From Eledone cirrhosa (lineage: Eukaryota), in the NCBI GenBank assembly GCA_964016885.1, contig OZ024743.1, positions 347,882,001 to 347,946,000 on the forward strand: a stretch of 64,000 bases of DNA, given 5' to 3'. Below the pieces are notes generated by a model. It made no database searches. It was not told where the DNA came from and saw only the letters and a list, made by a program, of their open reading frames with translations. Numbering within the stretch: position 1 is the first letter of the stretch; every line of letters starts with the position of its first letter. The translations under genes and the position numbers were made by a program. Shown piece after piece: positions 1 through 12,335 of this stretch.

Positions 1-1835
1 ACTAAGCAGTTGTTATTTAACGGACATTTAGATCTATCTCTACAGTTGCATTTGTTAACTTGTATATTATTTATGCTATTATCAGTAGTTTTTAAGTTCC
101 TATTATTTATTCTATTAATATTTTGTGCTAAATTTTTGGTGGATGAATAGGTTAATTTAATTGTATGCCTATTGAAGATTGAGTGGTACCTATGTGTTCT
201 AGGGAAGCGATTATCAAGAGCTTTGAAAAATAATTTAGCGATGTGGGTTTTAATGTTTAGTGAGAAAGGGGGGGCAAACCAAATTATGTTCCTAGTTCTA
301 TTTCTTTTTTGTCCTTTGGAATTATTGTAATGCTTTCTATTATAGTTGTTAATGTTGTTGCCATAATTAAAAAAGTTGTTACTTTGTTTAGTTTGTTTAT
401 CATTATCTATGTACACAATCTTATCAGCATACCCTGCCCTAGCTAGTGCATCATTATAGTATTGGGCCTTTTCGTCAAAAATCTTTCTATTCGACGAGAT
501 CCTAGAGACACGCTTTTGGACTGAGTTTACTATAGTGTTTTTGACAGATCTGGGGTGGTTAGAGTTAAAGTTGACATAGTTTAAGTTTTCATTCAACTTG
601 TGAAAAGGATAGTGGAGACATGTGTTGAGATTTAATGTTATATCTAGGAAATTGACTATTCTATGGTTGTTCTCAATTTCTATTTTAAGGTTAAAGTAAT
701 TAAAAAATTTTGTAATTTGTTTACATTTTCTATTTAGTTCAGGGTTATTATTATTAATGAGTAAAAGCATGTCATCCCTATATAAACCTCCGGTAGTACC
801 AGGTATTTTCCTATGTAGCGAATTGATTAAAAATAAGCCCACAAGGTCAGTTACTTGAGCTGAGTCGGAAGATCCCATAGTTATGTCAAAATTGCTATCT
901 CTATCTGCTCTGGTCCATAATTTGTCATCAAATTCTATCAAAGTTTTCCTAGCCGATAATATAATATGCATTTCTTTGCTAGTTAGGTCCGTATGTTTGA
1001 ATGCGTAATTTAGTGCCTTATTTAGTAGACTAGGGGTAATAGAAGAATAATAGTTAGCTATATCAAGTTGAATAAACCTATTATTATTGTCATATTTAAT
1101 TTGCCTAAACCACTCAACAACCTCTCCGGTTCCCTTCCACAAGCTCAGGTTAGATACATAATCCAAGTTCTTAATTTGCAGTATCACCCTGTCAAGAATG
1201 TTTTTGCTTAATTTGCCCAGGTCCGATTTTGAAGGTGCGATTAATCTAACTGGCAGGTCAATCTCAAAATTCCTCTTGTGGTCCTTCATATTGATCTTCG
1301 GTTTCCTGGGCACAAAAGGTTGTGTTCTGTTCTCAATTTCCAACTCATGCATTATACAAGATGCTTCAACATTCATTTTCACAAGTTCGGTCTTATCTGC
1401 TACCTTGTATTTTTTCCTCAGCTCTTTCAGTATGAGGCCATTATACATGTCTTTCTGCACTCCATAGAGGTTGTTGGTCTTGTCAGATTTCACCAAGATC
1501 TTCTCAGTTTTCTCTAAGCTCTCAATGTTATCCTTAATGCCTTTCAGATATTCCTGGCCTTTAAAGTTTCTCTTGAATTTGACCCCTTGTATGATAGAAA
1601 TTATATCGTTTTCAAAGTCAGATAAAAGTTTGTTAGGGGGTGGATTTCTTTTAGATTTGAAAACTTTGTTTAAGTCCGAGATATTTTCGTCTGCATTAAA
1701 TTTATCAAAGTGGAATGCACGCCACCTGATTCTCCTTATAAAAGAGTCAGATTTATCTATTAGTTGTTTTACAAAGTCTTTGTTTCTAGGTAGAGGTATG
1801 TCTTTTAGAGAGGAAGTAATCTTAAAGAATTCCAT
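1..1835 (-). CDS. PLE family A ORF (RT + GIY-YIG), apparently full-length copy running off the left edge
   Basis: ATG at 1835 gives MEFFKITSSLKDIPLPRNKDFVKQLIDKSDSFIRRIRWRAF..., later SDKTNNLY, KDHK, RLIAPSKSDLG, MGS and YRDD motifs. In frame with the 449-aa ORF of the tandem copy (offset 3951). Absent from the ORF track because the stop lies outside the window; ~737 aa if it ends like the tandem copy. Confidence 0.9.
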   Translation of the reverse strand, partial: MEFFKITSSLKDIPLPRNKDFVKQLIDKSDSFIRRIRWRAFHFDKFNADENISDLNKVFKSKRNPPPNKLLSDFENDIISIIQGVKFKRNFKGQEYLKGIKDNIESLEKTEKILVKSDKTNNLYGVQKDMYNGLILKELRKKYKVADKTELVKMNVEASCIMHELEIENRTQPFVPRKPKINMKDHKRNFEIDLPVRLIAPSKSDLGKLSKNILDRVILQIKNLDYVSNLSLWKGTGEVVEWFRQIKYDNNNRFIQLDIANYYSSITPSLLNKALNYAFKHTDLTSKEMHIILSARKTLIEFDDKLWTRADRDSNFDITMGSSDSAQVTDLVGLFLINSLHRKIPGTTGGLYRDDMLLLINNNNPELNRKCKQITKFFNYFNLKIEIENNHRIVNFLDITLNLNTCLHYPFHKLNENLNYVNFNSNHPRSVKNTIVNSVQKRVSRISSNRKIFDEKAQYYNDALARAGYADKIVYIDNDKQTKQSNNFFNYGNNINNYNRKHYNNSKGQKRNRTRNIIWFAPPFSLNIKTHIAKLFFKALDNRFPRTHRYHSIFNRHTIKLTYSSTKNLAQNINRINNRNLKTTDNSINNIQVNKCNCRDRSKCPLNNNCL

Positions 1836-2014
1836 TTTTCAGTTATAATATAAAGCGCTCAACAGTATTGGAGCAAGATACATGTAAAGTTATATTTAAA
1901 ATTGTTGGGTTACAACTAGTAAATATTTATAACTGATATAAAAGCACTCGACAAATACTTGGAGTATATTTACAATATTAAATAAATGGAAAACTATATT
2001 TATAAAACCATATT

Positions 2015-2080
2015 TATTTCATTATATATATTTCGGGGATATCATATTAACAATATGCTATGCCTTCATCAGACAAAATA
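2015..2080 (-). ncRNA. Minimal type I hammerhead ribozyme, PLE A pLTR
   Basis: Reverse complement of 6770-6835; lies ~180 nt upstream of the ORF start. Confidence 0.75.
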
Positions 2081-2443
2081 CAATATAAACAGTTTTATAG
2101 ATAAATATATTCGACATACCGTAATAAACATCAACTTCATTTGAAGAGGTTCACTCTAGCAGTGAAAATACAGAGAGAAAGAAAGAGAGAGAGAAAAGAG
2201 GGAAATAAGAAAGAAAGAAAGACGAAACGAAGAAAAGGAAGAAAAAGAAGAAAAAGAAGAAATGCATGGGACAAAATAGAGAGATGGAAAAATAGATAAA
2301 GCGAAGAGCTTCATGTAAAGAGACCGAAAGAGATATATATATATATATAGAGAGAGGAAATAGAGATAGATACATATATAAATATAGATATAGAAAAATT
2401 AGGTAGTGGGAGGTCATTTTGAGTAAGTGTATCAATGATGCAT

Positions 2444-2478
<35 letters not shown>

Positions 2479-3572
2479 GCTCAAGTATTAATGTAAGGGA
2501 GATATAGAGAGATATAGAGAGATATAGAGAGAGAAAAATTTAAAAATAGCCAGACATATTCGAGGCGTAGAAAACCCTATGTTTTAATGTATTAGTATTT
2601 ATAAAACTTACACTATATTGTAAATATCAGTATTCCTGAATGAAACAAGTATTCACCATGCGTGAAAATTCATTATCTTATGTTTAGTTTTTTAAAAAAT
2701 TCATATGTCTATGTGAATCCAACTGATTCACTCCGCAAATTCAAAGTTACCGGAAAACATTCTCAATGTGGTATAAACATTTGAGCGTATTATTATTCTT
2801 GCGATTACTCTACAAGATTATCTATCAAGCAGAAATAGAGAGCAGATTTCAATATACTAATCGAAAATATATATTATATTATAAGCAGAGATAACAATAA
2901 TAATGATAATAAGTAAAAATATATAAAAATATAAAAATATAGAATAGAAAACTAAAAAAGAATATTACGAAAGAATATTACATAATAAAAATATTGCATA
3001 TTAAAAATACTATGTTTTAAAATTATTACGTATTAAAACTTTACATATAAAAATATTAAAAATAAAAATAAAATAAAATAAAAAATAAAAAATAAAAATA
3101 TAAAAATATTATAGAATACTACAATACTAAAAGAATAAAAATAAAAATAAAAATAAAAATAAAAATAAAAATAAAAATAAAAAATAAACCACAAAGAACA
3201 ACCCTTCAAGGTTAATTGACAATATATTGCCAAGTTCACTACAAGACAAAGCCAAAAATTATCTATCAAATCACATCTAGCAAGGAATATCGCAAAAAAA
3301 AAAAAAAAGGTTATGATGTCCAATAATGTCTACATATGTTCCTATATTTAATATATAAGTTTATCAAGTGTAAGGTTAATTCATAAAATTTGGAGCATCG
3401 GCTTTTAGGGTAGCTTAATTTTTCATGAGGAATGTTTAGATAAAAATAAAAATAAAAAATAAAAATAAAAATAAATACAATAAAATAAACAGTAAAAAGA
3501 GGGAATCAAAGATTTAGGAATCAAAAGATTTATCGGCTAGTTCTCATATAAATATAAATCAAACTAAATATA

Positions 3573-4984
3573 CTACATTTTAAATTTAAATTTATATTTA
3601 AACGTTGAGTTTAATCTATGTTTGCAACAACTGAATAAATTTGTCCGTAGGTTAAGGGAATTTTTAGATTTTAGTATAAAGAATATCTCCTCTGCGCAGA
3701 GGTCACATGTCTCAGAGGATGAATTAAAAGGAATCCCTCTTGAGACTATATTCCAAGCCGTCGAATATCTAACGTTATCTAGCTTAAGTTGCCAGAGTAC
3801 ACCTGATAGTGCCGTTGAAGATTTTTTATTTGGATCTGTGAAAGAATTCTTGTGGTTATTATAGCGAAGTTTAAATTCCGTCGATGTGGAACCGACGTAG
3901 TTAAAAGAATTAGAGTCAGTATTAACATTACAATTGTATACTATATTTTTAACTAAGCAGTTGTTATTTAACGGACATTTAGATCTATCTCTACAGTTGC
4001 ATTTGTTAACTTGTATATTATTTATGCTATTATCAGTAGTTTTTAAGTTCCTATTATTTATTCTATTAATATTTTGTGCTAAATTTTTGGTGGATGAATA
4101 GGTTAATTTAATTGTATGCCTATTGAAGATTGAGTGGTACCTATGTGTTCTAGGGAAGCGATTATCAAGAGCTTTGAAAAATAATTTAGCGATGTGGGTT
4201 TTAATGTTTAGTGAGAAAGGGGGGGCAAACCAAATTATGTTCCTAGTTCTATTTCTTTTTTGTCCTTTGGAATTATTGTAATGCTTTCTATTATAGTTGT
4301 TAATGTTGTTGCCATAATTAAAAAAGTTGTTACTTTGTTTAGTTTGTTTATCATTATCTATGTACACAATCTTATCAGCATACCCTGCCCTAGCTAGTGC
4401 ATCATTATAGTATTGGGCCTTTTCGTCAAAAATCTTTCTATTCGACGAGATCCTAGAGACACGCTTTTGGACTGAGTTTACTATAGTGTTTTTGACAGAT
4501 CTGGGGTGGTTAGAGTTAAAGTTGACATAGTTTAAGTTTTCATTCAACTTGTGAAAAGGATAGTGGAGACATGTGTTGAGATTTAATGTTATATCTAGGA
4601 AATTGACTATTCTATGGTTGTTCTCAATTTCTATTTTAAGGTTAAAGTAATTAAAAAATTTTGTAATTTGTTTACATTTTCTATTTAGTTCAGGGTTATT
4701 ATTATTAATGAGTAAAAGCATGTCATCCCTATATAAACCTCCGGTAGTACCAGGTATTTTCCTATGTAGCGAATTGATTAAAAATAAGCCCACAAGGTCA
4801 GTTACTTGAGCTGAGTCGGAAGATCCCATAGTTATGTCAAAATTGCTATCTCTATCTGCTCTGGTCCATAATTTGTCATCAAATTCTATCAAAGTTTTCC
4901 TAGCCGATAATATAATATGCATTTCTTTGCTAGTTAGGTCCGTATGTTTGAATGCGTAATTTAGTGCCTTATTTAGTAGACTAG
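3573..4984 (-). CDS. PLE family A, 5'-truncated tandem copy (RT core, CxCx5Cx5C linker, GIY-YIG endonuclease)
   Basis: 449-aa ORF with ITMGS, LYRDD, NFLDITLNL, SNHP, CNCRDRSKCPLNNNC, NIVY...YVG, FKLRYNNH, CDLC. 3952-4984 repeats 1-1033. Confidence 0.92.
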
Positions 4985-5519
4985 ACTTTCACAGATCCAA
5001 ATAAAAAATCTTCAACGGCACTATCAGGTGTACTCTGGCAACTTAAGCTAGATAACGTTAGATATTCGACGGCTTGGAATATAGTCTCAAGAGGGATTCC
5101 TTTTAATTCATCCTCTGAGACATGTGACCTCTGCGCAGAGGAGATATTCTTTATACTAAAATCTAAAAATTCCCTTAACCTACGGACAAATTTATTCAGT
5201 TGTTGCAAACATAGATTAAACTCAACGTTTAAATATAAATTTAAATTTAAAATGTAGTATATTTAGTTTGATTTATATTTATATGAGAACTAGCCGATAA
5301 ATCTTTTGATTCCTAAATCTTTGATTCCCTCTTTTTACTGTTTATTTTATTGTATTTATTTTTATTTTTATTTTTTATTTTTATTTTTATCTAAACATTC
5401 CTCATGAAAAATTAAGCTACCCTAAAAGCCGATGCTCCAAATTTTATGAATTAACCTTACACTTGATAAACTTATATATTAAATATAGGAACATATGTAG
5501 ACATTATTGGACATCATAA

Positions 5520-5558
<39 letters not shown>

Positions 5559-6371
5559 GATATTCCTTGCTAGATGTGATTTGATAGATAATTTTTGGCT
5601 TTGTCTTGTAGTGAACTTGGCAATATATTGTCAATTAACCTTGAAGGGTTGTTCTTTGTGGTTTATTTTTTATTTTTATTTTTATTTTTATTTTTATTTT
5701 TATTTTTATTTTTATTCTTTTAGTATTGTAGTATTCTATAATATTTTTATATTTTTATTTTTTATTTTTTATTTTATTTTATTTTTATTTTTAATATTTT
5801 TATATGTAAAGTTTTAATACGTAATAATTTTAAAACATAGTATTTTTAATATGCAATATTTTTATTATGTAATATTCTTTCGTAATATTCTTTTTTAGTT
5901 TTCTATTCTATATTTTTATATTTTTATATATTTTTACTTATTATCATTATTATTGTTATCTCTGCTTATAATATAATATATATTTTCGATTAGTATATTG
6001 AAATCTGCTCTCTATTTCTGCTTGATAGATAATCTTGTAGAGTAATCGCAAGAATAATAATACGCTCAAATGTTTATACCACATTGAGAATGTTTTCCGG
6101 TAACTTTGAATTTGCGGAGTGAATCAGTTGGATTCACATAGACATATGAATTTTTTAAAAAACTAAACATAAGATAATGAATTTTCACGCATGGTGAATA
6201 CTTGTTTCATTCAGGAATACTGATATTTACAATATAGTGTAAGTTTTATAAATACTAATACATTAAAACATAGGGTTTTCTACGCCTCGAATATGTCTGG
6301 CTATTTTTAAATTTTTCTCTCTCTATATCTCTCTATATCTCTCTATATCTCCCTTACATTAATACTTGAGC

Positions 6372-6406
<35 letters not shown>

Positions 6407-6769
6407 ATGCATCATTGATACACTTACTCAAAATGACCTCCCACTACCTAATTTTTCTATATCTATATTTATATATGTATCTATCTCTATTTCCTCTCTC
6501 TATATATATATATATATCTCTTTCGGTCTCTTTACATGAAGCTCTTCGCTTTATCTATTTTTCCATCTCTCTATTTTGTCCCATGCATTTCTTCTTTTTC
6601 TTCTTTTTCTTCCTTTTCTTCGTTTCGTCTTTCTTTCTTTCTTATTTCCCTCTTTTCTCTCTCTCTTTCTTTCTCTCTGTATTTTCACTGCTAGAGTGAA
6701 CCTCTTCAAATGAAGTTGATGTTTATTACGGTATGTCGAATATATTTATCTATAAAACTGTTTATATTG

Positions 6770-6835
6770 TATTTTGTCTGATGAAGGCATAGCATATTGT
6801 TAATATGATATCCCCGAAATATATATAATGAAATA
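6770..6835 (+). ncRNA. Minimal type I hammerhead ribozyme, inverted PLE A arm
   Basis: tattttgt-CTGATGA-stem II (catatt/aatatg)-GAAA-tatata-TA|atgaaata; stem I pairs with two G-U; palindromic stem III. Confidence 0.75.
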
Positions 6836-7003
6836 AATATGGTTTTATAAATATAGTTTTCCATTTATTTAATATTGTAAATATACTCCAAGTATTTGTC
6901 GAGTGCTTTTATATCAGTTATAAATATTTACTAGTTGTAACCCAACAATTTTAAATATAACTTTACATATATATATATATATATATTTATTAAAATAATT
7001 CAT

Positions 7004-7110
7004 AATAATTGTTTCCATTTTTGGCACAAGGCCAGCAATTATCCCACCGCATTACTGGTGCTTTACTTTATCGACCCCGTATGGACGTAAGGCAAAGGTA
7101 ACCTCAGCGA
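7004..7110 (-). mobile_element. tRNA-SINE family 1, 3' fragment
   Basis: Matches the ggcacaaggccagcaat...tttatcgaccccgta core of the other copies. Confidence 0.7.
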
Positions 7111-8254
7111 TATTAATATTTTATTTCCCTTTCTCATGTTACGTGTCTTTTCTTTTTTTTTCCGTAAACACGCGTTCTTCGCAAACTTTTTTATTTAATG
7201 GTGTCTTACAAAATCGTATAAGTACCTGATGAAAGTTCGCTCATATTACGCTTTTTATTTTCTGTAGGTATGGAGAAATTTGGTCCTGAAATCTTCGGTA
7301 GCGCCTTTGTTCTTTGTTTGAACATAAATAAATAATATATATATATAGCTGTCGTTATTTGATTGTGAGTGTTTGTTTGTAACATGTCAGTTCATAATTT
7401 ATGGTGTAAACATAATTATGCACCCTACATCGGTGACATATATCCAACAGTACTAGGGTATCACATTGTGACGTATTCTTATACGAATATTGCAAAAATG
7501 TGCACAATGATTGCTTTTATGTAAACAATTCAAAAATATCTAAGCTCTTGGATGCCAAATATATGTTAAAGAACGCATGAAACAAGGGAATTTTCGAAAC
7601 ATCAATAATCAATAATTCATAGAGATTTTCGGACCATGCACAAATATACTTACTAATATTCGATTGTTCTTTCATGACCAATGTTATCATTTCTAAAACG
7701 GTTTTTGGTCCTTAAAAATCAACTATTGCTCCTCTCCAATCCAAAGATGTGTCGAACTTAATCAGTGATACAGTAGTTATTAAGAAGGAATGGACCTGTT
7801 CACTTACCCATCCACAAAAGATTATGTGTTTAACTGACATTCCTCAACACAATATTATATAGGACATAATCGATATTTCTAAGACAGAAATAAAGTACAA
7901 GAAATTACATAGAATAATGCAAGTAGGAAACGAGGCGTTTGGGACCATACGAGCCTAAGGTAAGCGTAATAGGGATTTGATGGTTGGTGTGTGGGAATGG
8001 ATCACTGATTTGACTAGTTTCGAGAAACGCAATGCTAGTCAAGGTAATATGTGCCAAGTCAAGCTGTAATAACTTTCGGGGTATTTCATTTACTGGTAAT
8101 GGCTAGAAAGATAATCGGCACACTTTTAGTCAATTGACTGTAGACACGCATAGGTGTGAAGATTACGTTGATTAACAACATCCCCTTCCGTTAGTAGTAA
8201 CTTTTTACGAACTTAATCCGCTGTTTGACTTTAAATTATGGACAGTATCTTTAG

Positions 8255-8446
8255 AGCGTCGACCACAATGCTTCACGGTATAGTTAAGTCCCTTTATGTT
8301 CGGAGGTCAAATCCCACCGAGGTTAGCTTTGCATGTCATCCTTAGTGTCGATAATGTAAAGCACCAGTAATGCACTGGGGTTGATTTAATCAACATTTCC
8401 ATACCCCCAAATTGCTGTCCTTGTCCCAATAGTAGAAATCATTATT
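8255..8446 (+). mobile_element. tRNA-SINE family 1, diverged copy
   Basis: ggtcaaatcccaccgaggttagctttgc...gtagaaatcattatta. Confidence 0.65.
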
Positions 8447-8457
8447 AATATATATAA

Positions 8458-8650
8458 GGGCGGTGGATTGGCAGTATCAGTAGAGAGTCGGGCGCAATGC
8501 TTTCCAGCATATAGTTACATTCCTTTATGATCTGAGTTCAAATCCCGCCGAGGTTAACTTTGCCTTTCATCCTTACGGGGTCGATAAAATAAAGTACCAG
8601 TAATGTACTGGGTAATTTCTGGCCTTGTGCCTATAGAAGAAACAATTACT
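8458..8650 (+). mobile_element. tRNA-SINE family 1, full length
   Basis: A-box-like TGGCAGTATCAG, B-box GAGTTCAAATCC, core ttgcctttcatccttacggggtcgataaaataaagtacc, (ATT) tail; ~12 copies in the window. Confidence 0.85.
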
Positions 8651-9803
8651 TAGTTAATTGATTCAATTAATTGATATAATTCTATCTCAATTTAGCTTAT
8701 ATGTACATTTTTTGTTACATTTCTTATAATTCCAATTTATTTTATATTATTTTATGCTGTTATTTTATATATATTTTATTTTATCTTTATTCTATATTAG
8801 TCTATTGTTTTACAATTTTGACTATATTTTACTTTACGTTAGTCTATCCTAAAGACGTTCGCATAACATCATATATTTCATCTCTTACTTCATTTCGGCT
8901 CTTGGGATGTTGACAATACCAATAATGTATTATGAGACCATTATCCGCGGATAGGGTTGTGTGTGCGTGTACTTACGCAAGTGTACACTCTTTTCTATCA
9001 TTGCTATGTAACTTGGAGCTGTGACAAAATACATACACATAATCACCTCCAAGTCTTTTTTTTTTTTTTAGTTTGCATGAAGTTGTAGGGTATAGTCGGA
9101 TAATGCAAACTGCACACTGGACATTACACAACATTGCACTCTAACGCAATTTGCTCATCGATTGTCGAACATCCTTTGTTGTTTGGGCCATAAGAACCTA
9201 CCCCATTAAGCTGCATTATAATATAAATATGATGTGTTGGAAAAAGGACTTCTGTGTCTTTCCCTAGAAACATTATACTGACGTTAAGTTCTATATTATT
9301 TACAATGTATGTACTTTATTTTATTCCCAAAGTTGGCTTAAAACTATTGATGCTTACATAAATATGAAAAAAGAAGATAAAAGCAAAATGTTATTAATGA
9401 GAGGACAAGAAGAGAAAAAGCAAGGGCTCTTGAGACAGAAAAGAAAGGGAGAGGGTGATTGGGTGTGTGTCCATTGAGAGGTGGTGTTAGGACTGTGCTT
9501 CAAGAACAAAACTTATATACTTTTAATTTTATCTATATTTTTTATATTGAACCTCTGTTTTGCCGTTATTTTCCCCCGATCACTTTCATCAATATATAAC
9601 GATAGCGGGCGAAGAATCTAATTGGAAGGGGGGGGGGGGAATAAACGTATTACAACTACTACCATTACTTCTTGTTGATAGAGATGAAGGAAAGAAGTAA
9701 AGGAATCTCAAACTTTGTCTTCATGCTTAAGAATTGCTAAATAAACGAACCCTAGCGGAAGTGGTACGGAGTAGGAGACTAGCCCCCAAACTCGACCTAG
9801 TGC

Positions 9804-10345
9804 TGGAGAGGGGTATCATATGGGGGCCGGCTAGCTTAATTGCAACATGTTATATGCAGGTCCATCGAATCTATAAACTTTAAATGTTGTTTGTTAAATA
9901 TCTGATTGGTGATGAACGCAAGCAAGTGGAAATCACACTGCCTAATCGCCGTCCCCAAAGAAATAATATATCTATATCTATATAAGTATGTATACGTACA
10001 TGCATATATGTATACAGACGTACAGTAGTATGTATATACATATATACATGCACACGTATGGGTTTACCGAACATTTATTATAATGCTCGGTTTGTTTGTA
10101 AACAAACAGCCCGAGTAAATATTAGGGAAGGCCATATGAGGTGGTGCTCAAATTGATTCAGCTATTATACTTATTTCTTTGGGGACGACGATTAGGCAGT
10201 ATGATTTCCACGTAATCACTGGGTTGCGTTCATCAGCAATCAGCGATCAGATATTTAAGAACCAACTTCTACAGTTTATAGATTCGATGGACCTACATAT
10301 AACATGTCGCAATTAAGCTAGACGGCGCCCATATGATACCTCTCT

Positions 10346-10349
<4 letters not shown>
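9804..10349. repeat. Imperfect inverted repeat (9804-9966 / 10151-10349) with degenerate hammerhead-like core
   Basis: tggagaggggtatcatatggg...ccccaaagaaataa mirrored by ttatttctttgggg...cccatatgatacctctctcca. Confidence 0.75.
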
Positions 10350-10386
<37 letters not shown>

Positions 10387-10661
10387 GGTGAACAAGCATA
10401 CCACAAAACTGGATGGTGGATAAGAAACAAAACGGGATATTTAACATATATAGTATGTGTTTGAGGGTAAAGTGAGTTGAATGAAAAACAGACTGATGTC
10501 CATCTGTATGATGCATATTATCATAGTATGTACATAGATTTAAACATATTTTTGCATGTCTTTCTATCTCCGTGTGTATGAGTATGTGTGCGTGTGCATT
10601 TATCTGTGTGTTTAAGAAATAGCGAAGAGAGTGTGTGTGTGTGTGTGTGTAAGTGTGTATG

Positions 10662-10748
<87 letters not shown>

Positions 10749-11252
10749 GTGCGTGTGTGTGCGTGTGTGTGTGTGTTATAGTAACACTCCTTCATTTAGA
10801 CATTACCATTGTTTGCACATTGTGTGTATATTTAGACAGCTGCTGGAATGAGATCTCTGCCCACCTACATATCAAGAAAATATAATTGTGCGTGAGCATG
10901 TGTATGCCAATGTATATTGTGTTTGTATATGCGTGTGTGTCTATGTGTGCGGTGTTTGACTCACCCGTTCAGTTTGTATTTATATACGCACGTTTATGTG
11001 GATTTGTATATTCATATACATGTACAAACAGAGACATACATACGTGTATTCACACACACTTATATATGTATATATATATAATAATTAATGTTATAGTGTC
11101 TAATGCCCAACGGTCAAGCTTCAACCATTTCGAGAGTAAAATGGAAATTCACTCTCCTTTCATTGCTGAGTTTTCCTACCTATTAACAACACATCCATCC
11201 ACACACACACACACACACGCAGACATAACCCCCCCCCCCCCCTCACACATAT

Positions 11253-11298
<46 letters not shown>

Positions 11299-11303
<5 letters not shown>

Positions 11304-11501
11304 AAAATGTATGACCCCGGCGTCAGAGCTCAAGCCGCTTCGATAGCTATTTCTGGACCCGCGTCCAGAAATAGCCGTCGAAACGGTTTGAGGTGTGCCG
11401 TCGGGGTCATACATTTTCCTATTACCCACTCTACTACCCTAAGTATTGAGTACTCTGGTGCGTTATGGTCTATCTGGTTCCTTGCCACAACTCCTTCGTT
11501 A
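11299..11501 (+). mobile_element. Fold-back element family D (hairpin 11299-11422 + tail) in (TA)n
   Basis: Palindrome centred on ctggac-ccgc-gtccag; second copy at 48466-48666; related tail at 13654-13767. Confidence 0.8.
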
Positions 11502-11512
11502 TATATATATAT

Positions 11513-11590
<78 letters not shown>

Positions 11591-11617
11591 TATACACACA
11601 CATATATATATATATAT

Positions 11618-12041
11618 ATAATATAAGATCAAAAGATGGTTAAAGGAGTTCCATATATTTTATTATGCGCATTTCAAAAACAAACATCATCAAACAATAA
11701 TATTTGTGTTTTCATCAGATAAAACAGGAGAACATGATATGAAGGCTAAAAAACACTTGTTGATAGTGCAGTTTTAAATCAACATATATGATATGTTGAT
11801 TTAAAACTGCACTATCCTCAAGTGTTGTTTAGCCTTCATATCATGTTCTCCTATTTTATCTGATGAAAACACAAATGTTATTGCATGATGGTTTTTGAAA
11901 TGCGCATAATAAAATACATGGAACTCATTTAACCATATTTTGATCTTATATTATGCATACTCCAGTCCCACAAACTGTAGAGTGCTTCTTATCCGATATC
12001 TGCATTGCTTTATTGTACTACAATAAACATCACCTCCTACA
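11618..12041 (+). mobile_element. Short fold-back derivative of PLE family B (palindrome 11618-11953 + tail), one hammerhead per arm
   Basis: Same sequence and same two end points as the ends of 38147-44330; CTGATGA...GAAATGCGCATA on both strands; flanked by (TA)n. Confidence 0.88.
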
Positions 12042-12083
12042 TTATATATATATATATATATATATACATATATTAATAATGCG

Positions 12084-12175
<92 letters not shown>

Positions 12176-12186
12176 TTAATAATGCG

Positions 12187-12270
<84 letters not shown>

Positions 12271-12280
12271 TTAATAATGC

Positions 12281-12335
<55 letters not shown>

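Larger units (their letters stand above)
1..6968 (-). mobile_element. PLE family A locus: inverted pLTR + truncated copy + full copy (unit 3951 bp)
   Basis: Direct repeat 1-1033/3952-4984; inverted repeat 1882-3844/4986-6968; right end abuts (TA)n. Confidence 0.9.

Noticed and set aside
1198-1848. Plus-strand ORFs overlapping PLE A
   Set aside because: Antisense shadows of the minus-strand RT ORF.
2151-3323. Phe-rich hydrophobic ORFs (mirrored at 5581-6699)
   Set aside because: Low-complexity T-rich pLTR sequence; duplicated only because of the inversion.
7220-7305. CTGATGA...GAAA hammerhead candidate
   Set aside because: Stems I and II could not be paired convincingly.
7690-7800. RTE-like peptide relic (KTVFGP*KSTIAPLQSKD...)
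   Set aside because: Too short and decayed to call.
11299-12041. Interpreting the hairpins as Tc1/mariner MITEs with TA TSDs or as pre-miRNAs
   Set aside because: One-sided tails, hammerheads and identity with PLE ends (B, C) fit retrotransposition better.
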